A stretch of 64,000 bases of DNA from Dehalococcoidia bacterium (lineage in GTDB: Bacteria > Chloroflexota > Dehalococcoidia > Lucifugimonadales > DAOUAM01). The stretch is taken from contig DAOUAM010000053.1 of NCBI GenBank assembly GCA_034433305.1, positions 15,145 through 79,144 of the forward strand. The letters run 5' to 3'. Of this stretch, positions 38,705-46,569 are shown piece by piece (the stretch's first letter is position 1; each line of letters begins with the position of its first letter). The translations under genes and the position numbers were made by a program. Under the pieces are notes generated by a model. The model was not told where the DNA came from. It did not search any database and was given only the letters and a program-made list of their open reading frames with translations.

Positions 38705-39382
38705 ATGGCGGTTGAACACTTGTCGCTTCAAGATGGCACGGCCCCCCAGTCGGACCTGGTAGTGTTCCTGGCTGAGCGGGGCATCGAGGTAACGGTCATC
38801 GCCAGGGAAAGTGACGTGGAGGACCTGGAAGCCGCAGGTCTGCCTCACCTGGCCCTTCTGGACATCTCGTCCATGCCTGAGTCAGAAATGCGCCAGTGCG
38901 CGCAGCGGTGCGCCGCCCTCAAGCTGCCCGTGGTCGCCCTTGTACCTGAAGACCGCGTGGCGGACCTGGACGTAAGCCTGGGCGTGGACGACTTTGTGGT
39001 CTGCCCGCCGAGGCCCGACGAGCTGGTCGCCAGGGCAAGGCAGGTGCTGTGGCGCACCAGGTCACCGGCCGGCGGCGACGTTATCCGCATAGGCGACCTG
39101 GTCATCAACCCCGCAAGCTACGAGGTCTCTCTCAAGGGCAAGCGCATCAACCTGCGGTTCAAGGAGTACGAGCTGCTACGGCTGCTGGCCTCCAACCCGG
39201 GCAGAGTCTATAGCCGCGAGGCGCTGCTCAGCCGCATCTGGGGCTACGACTACTTCGGCGGCACCCGCACTGTGGACGTCCACATCCGCCGCCTGCGCAG
39301 CAAGATCGAGGACGCCGAGCACTCCTTCATCGAGACCATCTGGAACGTGGGCTACAGGTTCAAGAGCGTGGAAAACACCTGA
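38705..39382 (+). CDS. OmpR/PhoB-family winged-helix regulator with a degenerate receiver domain
   Basis: The C-terminus KEYELLRLLASNPGRVYSREALLSRIWGYDYFGGTRTVDVHIRRLRSKI...GYRF is a canonical trans_reg_C domain. The receiver lacks the acidic DD pair, and the conserved Thr and Lys positions read V and C (VALVPE, FVVCPP). Confidence 0.85.
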   Translation: MAVEHLSLQDGTAPQSDLVVFLAERGIEVTVIARESDVEDLEAAGLPHLALLDISSMPESEMRQCAQRCAALKLPVVALVPEDRVADLDVSLGVDDFVVCPPRPDELVARARQVLWRTRSPAGGDVIRIGDLVINPASYEVSLKGKRINLRFKEYELLRLLASNPGRVYSREALLSRIWGYDYFGGTRTVDVHIRRLRSKIEDAEHSFIETIWNVGYRFKSVENT

Positions 39383-39398
39383 GAGTGGGCTGGCCTTT

Positions 39399-40847
39399 CT
39401 ACGGGCCGCGCCCGGCAGTGCCCGTCCGCCTGCCCAGCGCTTGCGCCCTCTCGCGGGCCTGGACCAGAGAGAAGGCAATAGCCTGGTAGCCCATGGCGTT
39501 GGGATGAATGCTCCCGCTCAGCATGTGTGTCCACGTGGCGGCATGGCCCTTCATGCCGGAGTAGGCATCGGCCACCAGCGCACCCTCTGAGTCGCCCACA
39601 CGCCGGATGAAGTCGTTGAAGCGGGTTACAGTCCGGGTGGAGAGCAACTCAAAGGGCGTGCCGCCACCCAGGTCATAGGGATTGTAGAGAGTGAGGACGT
39701 AGAACTCCGCACCAGGCTCCAGCGCCGCCGCCAGCGCGGCGACAACCTCCCGGAAGTTTGCCTTGAAGGCGGCCAGCGCGCCCTCTATCCGCGTCTGGCA
39801 GACCTGGCCCTCGGGGGCAGCCTGGCAGTCAACCGAGCCCAGGTGCCCCAGCAGGTCGCTGGCACCCACATCCAGCGTCAGCACCGCCACACTGGTTGTC
39901 GGGTCACCATCATGGCGACGCCTGGCGATCTCGGCCAGCGCCTGCCTCAACTGGCCTTCCTTCAAGGTAAAGCTGCTATCACCTGGCGCGCTGAGGTTGA
40001 GCAGCGCCATGGGGCGGCCAGCCTGCTTCTGCAGGTAGGTATGGAACCGGGAGACGTAGCCTTCCTGAGGCATGGACGCGCCGGCACTACTGGCCAGAGC
40101 ATCGCCCAGGGCCAGGTAAAGCTGGGGGCCCTGAGCGCTCCATGCCCCTCCTGTCGGTACGGTATCCCCGCCCGGCGGCGCGGCAGAGAGGGCATCGCCC
40201 GACAGTGCCACGCTGCGACTCTTCGGCGGGCGTGACGCCACAGGCATGGCGCCGCCTCGCTGGTGGACGCCGACCAGCGCCATGTCGCCGTCCTCCAGCA
40301 CGAAGTGCTGCACCCGCACCGGTCCCAGGCCGTCGGCCAGCCTGCCCAGGTCCAGCGTGCCTCCCAGCCGCTGCTGGACACCGCTCAGCAGGCTCCCGGG
40401 CACAGGCACGTTGCCGATAGCCATCTCCTCCACCTCCACCTGCACCATGCCGGACTCCAGGTAAACGGCCAAGCGGCCAGATGCCGGAACGCCCAGCCAG
40501 TCGCCCAGACGCCCACGGAAGGCCAGCGAGTCCGGCAGGACAGCTACATCAAGGTCACGAAGGTAGCCCCTGTGAAGGTAAGCTATGGCCAGAGCGGCCA
40601 GGTCATCTCCATCGAGCTTCACAAAGAAGCCCGTGCCGTCGTCCGAGGCAGCGGCTATCCGGCGGGCCACCGCGTCCACCCGCGCCTTGGCTTCCGGGGA
40701 CTGCTCGGCCTGGTGGACGAACACAGCGCTGGCAAGCAGGGGTATATCGGCGCCGGCCAGGATGCAGGCATATAGCCCCAGCAGGCCCATCGCCGCCGCC
40801 ACGGCTACCGCTGATGCAGCTATCCAGCGCCTCGCGCGCCTGGCCAT
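39399..40847 (-). CDS. membrane-anchored protein with a C-terminal SGNH/GDSL-hydrolase-like domain
   Basis: 482 aa with an N-terminal anchor (AASAVAVAAAMGLLGLYACIL). SGNH-like blocks are LALGDALASSAG, NLSAPGDSS, LDVGASDL and SGSIHPNAMGY, with the expected Ser, Asn and Asp substituted. Confidence 0.6.
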   Translation of the reverse strand: MARRARRWIAASAVAVAAAMGLLGLYACILAGADIPLLASAVFVHQAEQSPEAKARVDAVARRIAAASDDGTGFFVKLDGDDLAALAIAYLHRGYLRDLDVAVLPDSLAFRGRLGDWLGVPASGRLAVYLESGMVQVEVEEMAIGNVPVPGSLLSGVQQRLGGTLDLGRLADGLGPVRVQHFVLEDGDMALVGVHQRGGAMPVASRPPKSRSVALSGDALSAAPPGGDTVPTGGAWSAQGPQLYLALGDALASSAGASMPQEGYVSRFHTYLQKQAGRPMALLNLSAPGDSSFTLKEGQLRQALAEIARRRHDGDPTTSVAVLTLDVGASDLLGHLGSVDCQAAPEGQVCQTRIEGALAAFKANFREVVAALAAALEPGAEFYVLTLYNPYDLGGGTPFELLSTRTVTRFNDFIRRVGDSEGALVADAYSGMKGHAATWTHMLSGSIHPNAMGYQAIAFSLVQARERAQALGRRTGTAGRGP

Positions 40848-40970
40848 GGCCTGCCTCCCACGACGAGGGCTGCCCTGTGTGGCCCAGCATGCCAGGCCCT
40901 GTGTCAGCCCTCCCAGAGCACAAAGCTATATCGCCGCGCCCCGCCGAGACAATGACGCTCTGGAGGCAGT

Positions 40971-41000
40971 TCGACATCTGAAAGCGTTAGGCGGTATAAT
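40971..41000 (+). promoter_or_regulatory. candidate promoter of tRNA-Leu
   Basis: TCGACA (40971-40976), 18 nt, TATAAT (40995-41000). It lies about 45 nt before the tRNA 5' end. Confidence 0.45.
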
Positions 41001-41044
41001 GGGGTATCTTTCGGCCAGATGCCTTCGATGCGCTCTGCCCTCGT

Positions 41045-41129
41045 GGGGAAGTGTCGGAACTGGCAGACGAGCATGACTTAGGATCATGTGCCGCAAGGCG
41101 TGAGGGTTCGAGTCCCTCCTTCCCCACCA
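41045..41129 (+). tRNA. tRNA-Leu (anticodon UAG), class II with long variable arm, CCA encoded
   Basis: Hand-folded. Acceptor stem GGGGAAG/CTTCCCC, D stem TCG/CGA, anticodon stem CATGA/TCATG with loop CTTAGGA, variable arm GCC-gcaa-GGC, T arm GAGGG-TTCGAGT-CCCTC, then A-CCA. Confidence 0.95.
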
Positions 41130-41154
41130 GCCCAGTACAGACGGCTAAATGAGC

Positions 41155-41188
41155 AAGGCCCCTCTCGGTGAGAGGGGCCTTTGCTGTT
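41155..41188 (+). terminator. intrinsic terminator after tRNA-Leu
   Basis: 11-bp stem AAGGCCCCTCT (41155-41165) / AGAGGGGCCTT (41171-41181) with loop CGGTG, followed by TGCTGTT. Confidence 0.65.
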
Positions 41189-41295
41189 CCAGGAGCGCCA
41201 GGCCGCCAACTTTTTCGCCGGTCAATCGTTATATTGGTCAAAAGACGTTTGTCCATGTCCATCGGCGTGTGACGGACAATAGCAGAGGAGGCGAA

Positions 41296-41736
41296 GTGTT
41301 GAGGAAACGCTGGCTTGTTGTTGCTCTAGCTGTGGGAGCGCTGGCGGCGGTGATAGCCGGTGGGACCGTCCTGGCCCAGACAGCCCAGGAAGATGGCGAC
41401 TCGCCCGCCAGGAGCTTTGTGTCGCGGGTGGCCGCCATCCTGGGCCTTGAGGAGGACAGGGTGCAGGACGCCTTCGACCAGGCCGCCAGGGAGATGCAGG
41501 ACGAGGCGTTGCAGCAAAAGCTGGACCGCCTGGTGGAGACAGGCAAGCTGACCCAGGCTGAGGCGGACGACATCAGGGAGTGGTACGAGTCTCGGCCGGA
41601 CGCGCTGGACAAGGGCTTTTTTGCGCCCGGCTTTGGTGGCCACGAGCACCATGGCTGGCACAAGATGTGGCATGGGATGGGTAGGTGGAAGGGCGCTCCC
41701 GAGACAACGTCCCCCGAGGCTTCGCCCACTCCCTAG
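41296..41736 (+). CDS. secreted hypothetical protein with a His/Trp-rich C-terminus
   Basis: GAGGAGG lies before GTG 41296. The signal-like segment is LRKRWLVVALAVGALAAVIAGGTVLAQ, followed by a helical acidic middle and the tail GGHEHHGWHKMWHGMGRWKG. The track start at 41149 would run through the tRNA terminator. Confidence 0.6.
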   Translation: MLRKRWLVVALAVGALAAVIAGGTVLAQTAQEDGDSPARSFVSRVAAILGLEEDRVQDAFDQAAREMQDEALQQKLDRLVETGKLTQAEADDIREWYESRPDALDKGFFAPGFGGHEHHGWHKMWHGMGRWKGAPETTSPEASPTP

Positions 41737-41793
41737 CCCTGGCCAGAGTCACCTGTGAGCGGGTACGCCTGCTCCAGGCTGGCCCTTCTCGCG

Positions 41794-41831
41794 CAGGGAG
41801 CCGCCGGCAAGTGGCGGCTCCCTGTCATTTT
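41794..41831 (+). terminator. intrinsic terminator
   Basis: 12-bp stem CAGGGAGCCGCC (41794-41805) / GGCGGCTCCCTG (41813-41824) with a 7-nt loop, then TCATTTT. Confidence 0.7.
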
Positions 41832-42012
41832 GCCCCTGGCTGCCGAGGGCCGAGGCCAGAAGGCGTGACGTATCTGGCTCCTGCCCTGTCCACGGCCCGA
41901 CCTGGCATTTGTCTGACCTCCCCGCAGCCGCTGGTGTTAGTCGGCACAGGGTGATGCAGCACAGCCTTGGCCCATGTCCAGTTGACATACCGCCACAGCT
42001 TGCCACAGTCCC

Positions 42013-42531
42013 TCACCACAAGCAGCCGGCGCCGCTCTGGCGTGCTTCCTGCTCCAGGCGCACCAGGAAGTCGCGGTGCTGGCCGTCGCTGGTCCAGGCC
42101 ACTGCCAGGCCCTCGCGCAGTAGCGTCTCGTCTATGCTCTCCCCCGATGAGGTGTACACGTAGTACAGCAGCCGGCCGTTGGGGTCCCGCGCCCTGGGGC
42201 CGGACTCCACCCGGACCTGGGCACCCGCAAGCTGGCGTAGCCGCCGCGCCGCCTCGTCGTAGCAGCGCTCCCCGCGCTCCGGCGTGTCCACGCCGTACAG
42301 CCTTACCCTGCCCTGGGACGAGTCGAAGGTGTCGCCATCTATCACACCTGTGACCGCAACTGCCTGGCACTCCTGGCAGCACAGCGCCGTGTTGCACTCC
42401 TGGCCTGAAAACATGGAAGTGACAAACAGGCCTGCCCGGTAGAGGATGACCGCCGCCAGGACGAGGGCCGCCATGACCAGCGCGAGCTTGACCGACCTCA
42501 ATGCAGCTTCTCCCCTTGCGCTTGCTGCCAT
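42013..42531 (-). CDS. membrane-anchored thermonuclease (staphylococcal-nuclease fold)
   Basis: 172 aa with an N-terminal hydrophobic anchor, then VIDGDTF...RVRLYGVDTPERGE...DPNGRLLYYVY...LLREGLA SNase motifs. Confidence 0.8.
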   Translation of the reverse strand: MAASARGEAALRSVKLALVMAALVLAAVILYRAGLFVTSMFSGQECNTALCCQECQAVAVTGVIDGDTFDSSQGRVRLYGVDTPERGERCYDEAARRLRQLAGAQVRVESGPRARDPNGRLLYYVYTSSGESIDETLLREGLAVAWTSDGQHRDFLVRLEQEARQSGAGCLW

Positions 42532-42662
42532 TTATTCTAGCGGGGAAGTCCACGTAACGTGTAGAAGCGCCGCATAATCCTGTAGCGCGACCGCCATGGG
42601 TGGGAGTATACTCTCCCCAGCCTCAGCCACCACGGCAGGCACACCAATGGCGGGGGACTGCC

Positions 42663-45593
42663 ATGGCCCTTCTGCCCCAACACACGTCACCCCTGGAGGA
42701 CGTCTGGGTCGCGCTGGACATCGAGTGCACCGGCCTGTCGCCGGACAACGACGAGGTGATTGAGGTCGGCGCGGTCAGGTTCCAGGGCCAGCGAGTGCTG
42801 GATACCTTCCAGAGCCTGGTGAACCCCTACCGCCGGCTCAGTGAATTCATCAAGCGCTACACCGGCATCACCCAGGAAGAGGTGGACAGCGCGCCCTCCT
42901 TTTCGGCGGTGGCCGGCAGGCTGGCGGCCTTCATTGGCCGCGCGCCCGTCGTCGGGCACAACGTGGGCTTCGACCTGGGCTTCCTGGGCAAGAAGGGCCT
43001 GCGGCTGGTCAACCCCCGCTGCGACACGTGGGACCTGGCCTTTGTCCTGCTGCCGTGCCAGCCCGACTATTCCCTGGCCAGGCTGGCGCTGTCCCAGGGC
43101 ATAAAGCACCCCCGGCCCCACCGGGCGCTGGAGGATGCCCAGGTCACCCGGGAGCTTTTCCTGAAGCTGGCCAGCATGGCCCTGGAGCTGGATACTTACA
43201 CGCTGGCGGAGATGCAGCGCCTGGCCGCACGCTCCTCGTGGGTGCTGGCGTACTTGCTGCGTGGCATGGACACGCCCATGCGACGGCCCTCCCACGGCCT
43301 GTCCTCGGAGGCCCAGGAGGCTATATCACCCTCCCTGGCGGACGCGAAAAGCGCTAACATGAGAGTGGCCTCCGCCCAGACCGGGCAGGCCCACTCCCCC
43401 GGACCAATGAGCATTTCAGGCCTCGACATCCCGGCCCTGGGCAAGCGCCTCCACCACTGGAGGCCTCTCCGTCCCAACCAGCAGGTACGCAGGCTGGACA
43501 CAGACTTCGTCGCGTCCCTCCTGCGGGCCGGCAGCCCGCTGGCCGCGGCCATGCCAGGCTTCGAGGAACGGCCCCAGCAGGTGGAGATGGCCCTGAAGGT
43601 GTCCGAGGCCCTGAACGAGGGCAAACGCCTCATCGTGGAGGCCGGGACAGGCGTGGGCAAGTCCCTGGCTTACCTGCTCCCTGCCGCCCTCTACGCGCTC
43701 CAGAACAGCAAGCGCGTGGTCATCTCCACCAATACCATCAACCTACAGGAGCAGTTGCTCCACAAGGACATGCCCGTCCTGATGAAGGCACTTACTGGAG
43801 TGAAGGGCCTGCCCGTCCAGGACCTGCGCTACACTCAGCTCAAGGGAAGGGCCAACTACCTGTGCCTGCGGCGCTGGTCGAGGCTGCGGGCCACCGAGAC
43901 ACTGACGGAGCACGAGGCCCGGCTGCTGGCCAAGACGCTGGTATGGCTCAAGACGACCACCACGGGCGACCGGGGCGAGCTTAACCTGTCCGGCGGCGAC
44001 GCCGCCGCGCCATGGGACAGGGTCTCGGCCCAGGGGAAGCTGGAGTGCCTGGCCGCTGGCGGGCCGTGCTTCGTGCGCGCCGCCCGCGAGAGGGCCGCCG
44101 CGTCCCACCTGGTCATCGTCAACCATGCCCTGCTGCTTTCGGACGTGGCCGCCGGCGGCGCCCTGCTTCCCGAGTACGATGCCCTCATCGTGGACGAGGC
44201 GCACCACCTGGAAGAAGAGGCCACCCGACAGCTAGGGTTCGAGCTGGGGCATACCAGCTTCGACGAGCACGTCCAGGCGCTTACAGGGGACCACGGGCTG
44301 TTGCAAGAGGCCATCTCGGCCTTCCGAGGCTCCAGCGCCTCGCCCGGCCGGCGCACGGCAGTGGAAAAGGCAGTGGCCGATACCATGGCGCTGCTACCCA
44401 GGGTGCGTGACCGTGTGGCCAGCCTGTTCGCCACGCTTGCCACGGTGGTCAGCGCCTCGCTGGACGGAGGCTCCGAGGAGTCCCAGGACCTGCGCATCAC
44501 CCAGGCGACCAGGAGCCAGCCGGGGTGGTCGCAGCTAGAGGTCGCGTGGGAGAACGCCGATCTGGCGCTGTCGGACCTGGGCAAGGCCCTGGCCGGCCTC
44601 CACTCGTCGCTGGAAGGGCTGGAAGACGCCGGCCTGATAGAGTACGAGTCGCTGCTGGAGGATATGGCCAGCGCCGTCCAGACCAATGGAGAGCTGCGGC
44701 AGAAACTCAAGGAGTTCATTCCCAACCCTAAGCCCGGCATGGTCTACTGGGTGGCCCGGCCAGGCAACGCCAGCTACTCGGTTACCCTGCACGCGGCGCC
44801 CCTGGACGTTGCCCAGTACCTGGACGAGATGCTCTTCTCCCCGAAGGAGTGCGTGGTGCTGACCAGCGCAACGCTGAGCACCAGCGGCAGCTTCAAGCAC
44901 GTGTGCCAGCGCACCGGCTTCAGCGACGCCGAGGAGCTTCTGCTGGGCTCGCCCTTCGACTACCCCAGGGCCGCGCTGCTGTGTGTACCCGAGGACATGC
45001 CGGAGCCATCGGCGGAAGCCTACCAGGCAGCGGTGCAGCGGGCCATCGTGGACTCCGCCGTGGCCGCCAGAGGACGGACCATGGCGCTGTTCACCTCCTA
45101 CTCGGCGCTGAACGCCACGGCCCAGGCCATCCGCTCCGAGCTCCAGGCGCGGGGCCTCAGCCTGCTGGCCCAGGGCGCCGACGGCACACCCCAGCAGCTT
45201 GTGCGCGCCTTCCTGGAGAACCCGCGCTCGCTGCTGCTGGGCACGGCCAGCTTCTGGGAAGGCGTGGACCTGGCCGGCGATTGCCTCCAGGTGCTGCTGG
45301 TGGCCCGGCTGCCCTTCAGCGTGCCCACCGAGCCGGTCTTCGCCGCCCGGTCGGAGCTGTTCGAGGACCCCTTCAACCAGTACGCCGTCCCCCAGGCTGT
45401 GCTGAGGCTGCGCCAGGGCTTTGGCCGCCTCATCCGCACCAGGACGGACAGGGGCGTCGCCATCATCCTGGACCGGCGCATCACCTCCCGCAGATACGGT
45501 AGGGTGTTCCTGGACTCCCTGCCTCCCTGCACCTTCAGGGCCTGCCACCTGCGCCAGTTGCCCCAGGAGATAGCCCGGTGGCTCAAGGGGTGA
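42663..45593 (+). CDS. dinG: DnaQ-like 3'-5' exonuclease fused to a DinG-family helicase
   Basis: Exonuclease motifs ALDIECTG, VGHNVGFDLGFL and HRALEDAQ. Helicase motifs EAGTGVGKS and IVDEAHHLEE, with a C-terminal DinG/Rad3 region. The likely start is ATG 42663. Confidence 0.85.
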   Translation: MALLPQHTSPLEDVWVALDIECTGLSPDNDEVIEVGAVRFQGQRVLDTFQSLVNPYRRLSEFIKRYTGITQEEVDSAPSFSAVAGRLAAFIGRAPVVGHNVGFDLGFLGKKGLRLVNPRCDTWDLAFVLLPCQPDYSLARLALSQGIKHPRPHRALEDAQVTRELFLKLASMALELDTYTLAEMQRLAARSSWVLAYLLRGMDTPMRRPSHGLSSEAQEAISPSLADAKSANMRVASAQTGQAHSPGPMSISGLDIPALGKRLHHWRPLRPNQQVRRLDTDFVASLLRAGSPLAAAMPGFEERPQQVEMALKVSEALNEGKRLIVEAGTGVGKSLAYLLPAALYALQNSKRVVISTNTINLQEQLLHKDMPVLMKALTGVKGLPVQDLRYTQLKGRANYLCLRRWSRLRATETLTEHEARLLAKTLVWLKTTTTGDRGELNLSGGDAAAPWDRVSAQGKLECLAAGGPCFVRAARERAAASHLVIVNHALLLSDVAAGGALLPEYDALIVDEAHHLEEEATRQLGFELGHTSFDEHVQALTGDHGLLQEAISAFRGSSASPGRRTAVEKAVADTMALLPRVRDRVASLFATLATVVSASLDGGSEESQDLRITQATRSQPGWSQLEVAWENADLALSDLGKALAGLHSSLEGLEDAGLIEYESLLEDMASAVQTNGELRQKLKEFIPNPKPGMVYWVARPGNASYSVTLHAAPLDVAQYLDEMLFSPKECVVLTSATLSTSGSFKHVCQRTGFSDAEELLLGSPFDYPRAALLCVPEDMPEPSAEAYQAAVQRAIVDSAVAARGRTMALFTSYSALNATAQAIRSELQARGLSLLAQGADGTPQQLVRAFLENPRSLLLGTASFWEGVDLAGDCLQVLLVARLPFSVPTEPVFAARSELFEDPFNQYAVPQAVLRLRQGFGRLIRTRTDRGVAIILDRRITSRRYGRVFLDSLPPCTFRACHLRQLPQEIARWLKG

Positions 45594-45596
45594 CCT

Positions 45597-46457
45597 GTGC
45601 TGATAGCATTTGACCACCCCCTCAATCTGCCCGATACGCTGGAGAGCGGTCAGGCCTTCCGCTGGCAGCGCCGGGGCGAGTGGTACTACGGCGTGGTGCA
45701 CAACAACCTGGTGAAGCTGCGCCAGACGCCCGCAGGACTGGAGTTCTCCTGCGCCCCCGACAGCGAGGCGACGCTGGAGCCGTTGCTGCGGGACTACCTG
45801 CGCCTGGGCGACGACCTGGAGGCCATCTACCGCGCCATCTGCATGGACGAGCGCGTCAGGGACGCCGTGGCCACGTACCGGGGGATGCGCCTGCTCCGGC
45901 AGGACCCCTGGGAATGCCTCATCTCCTTCATCTGCTCGGCCAACGCCAACGTGCCCCGCATCAGCGCCAACGTGGAGTCCATGTCCACCGCCTTCGGGCT
46001 GCCGGTCACCCTGGACGACCAGACGCGCAGCACCTTTCCCACGCCCGAGGCGCTGGCCGACGCAGGCGAGGGCAAGCTGCGGGCGCTGAAGCTGGGCTTC
46101 CGTGCCCAATACGTGGCCGCCACGGCCAGGGCCATCGCCGACAGCAGGCTGGACCTCTTCGCCCTGCGCGAGGCCCCCTACGACGAGGCGCTGGCCGCGC
46201 TGCTGGCGCTGCCCGGCGTCGGCGACAAGGTAGCCAACTGCATCCTGCTGTTCTCGCTAGACAAGCTGGAGGCCTTCCCCGTGGACGTGTGGATCGAGAG
46301 AGCGCTGCGAGAGTGGTACCTGGGGGGCGAGAAGCTGCCCCGCACGCGGATGCGGCCCTGGGCGCAGGCGCACTTCGGCCCCTACGCCGGCTACGCCAAC
46401 CAGTACCTCTTCCACCGCAGAAGGCTGCAGGGAAGGACCAGGCACCAGCGCGGCTGA
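45597..46457 (+). CDS. ogg: 8-oxoguanine DNA glycosylase / AP lyase (HhH-GPD, Ogg type)
   Basis: 286 aa with SFICSANANVPRISANV and LLALPGVGDKVANCILLFSL...FPVDVWI. The GTG start lies 3 nt after the dinG stop. Confidence 0.8.
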   Translation: MLIAFDHPLNLPDTLESGQAFRWQRRGEWYYGVVHNNLVKLRQTPAGLEFSCAPDSEATLEPLLRDYLRLGDDLEAIYRAICMDERVRDAVATYRGMRLLRQDPWECLISFICSANANVPRISANVESMSTAFGLPVTLDDQTRSTFPTPEALADAGEGKLRALKLGFRAQYVAATARAIADSRLDLFALREAPYDEALAALLALPGVGDKVANCILLFSLDKLEAFPVDVWIERALREWYLGGEKLPRTRMRPWAQAHFGPYAGYANQYLFHRRRLQGRTRHQRG

Positions 46458-46569
46458 AGGTCCGCAGCACGGATGCTGAGCCTGTCTCACGGTCTCTCCG
46501 CATGGCTGCCCAGTGCCGTCAACTCTGTGAGGCCCAGCCTCGAACGGGGTACCTTGCTCAAGCTCTCGG

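Noticed and set aside
41149-41295. The N-terminal extension of ORF 41149..41736.
   Set aside because: The extension would be translated through the intrinsic terminator hairpin that follows tRNA-Leu, and it lacks an RBS. The GAGGAGG-GTG at 41296 begins a proper signal peptide.
41045-46457. An integrated element or defence island at tRNA-Leu, comprising the nuclease, DinG-like helicase and neighbours.
   Set aside because: I saw no integrase and no direct repeat of the tRNA 3' end, and composition is uniform. The DnaQ-DinG fusion with intact exonuclease motifs followed by ogg fits housekeeping repair rather than a CasDinG-type or defence helicase.
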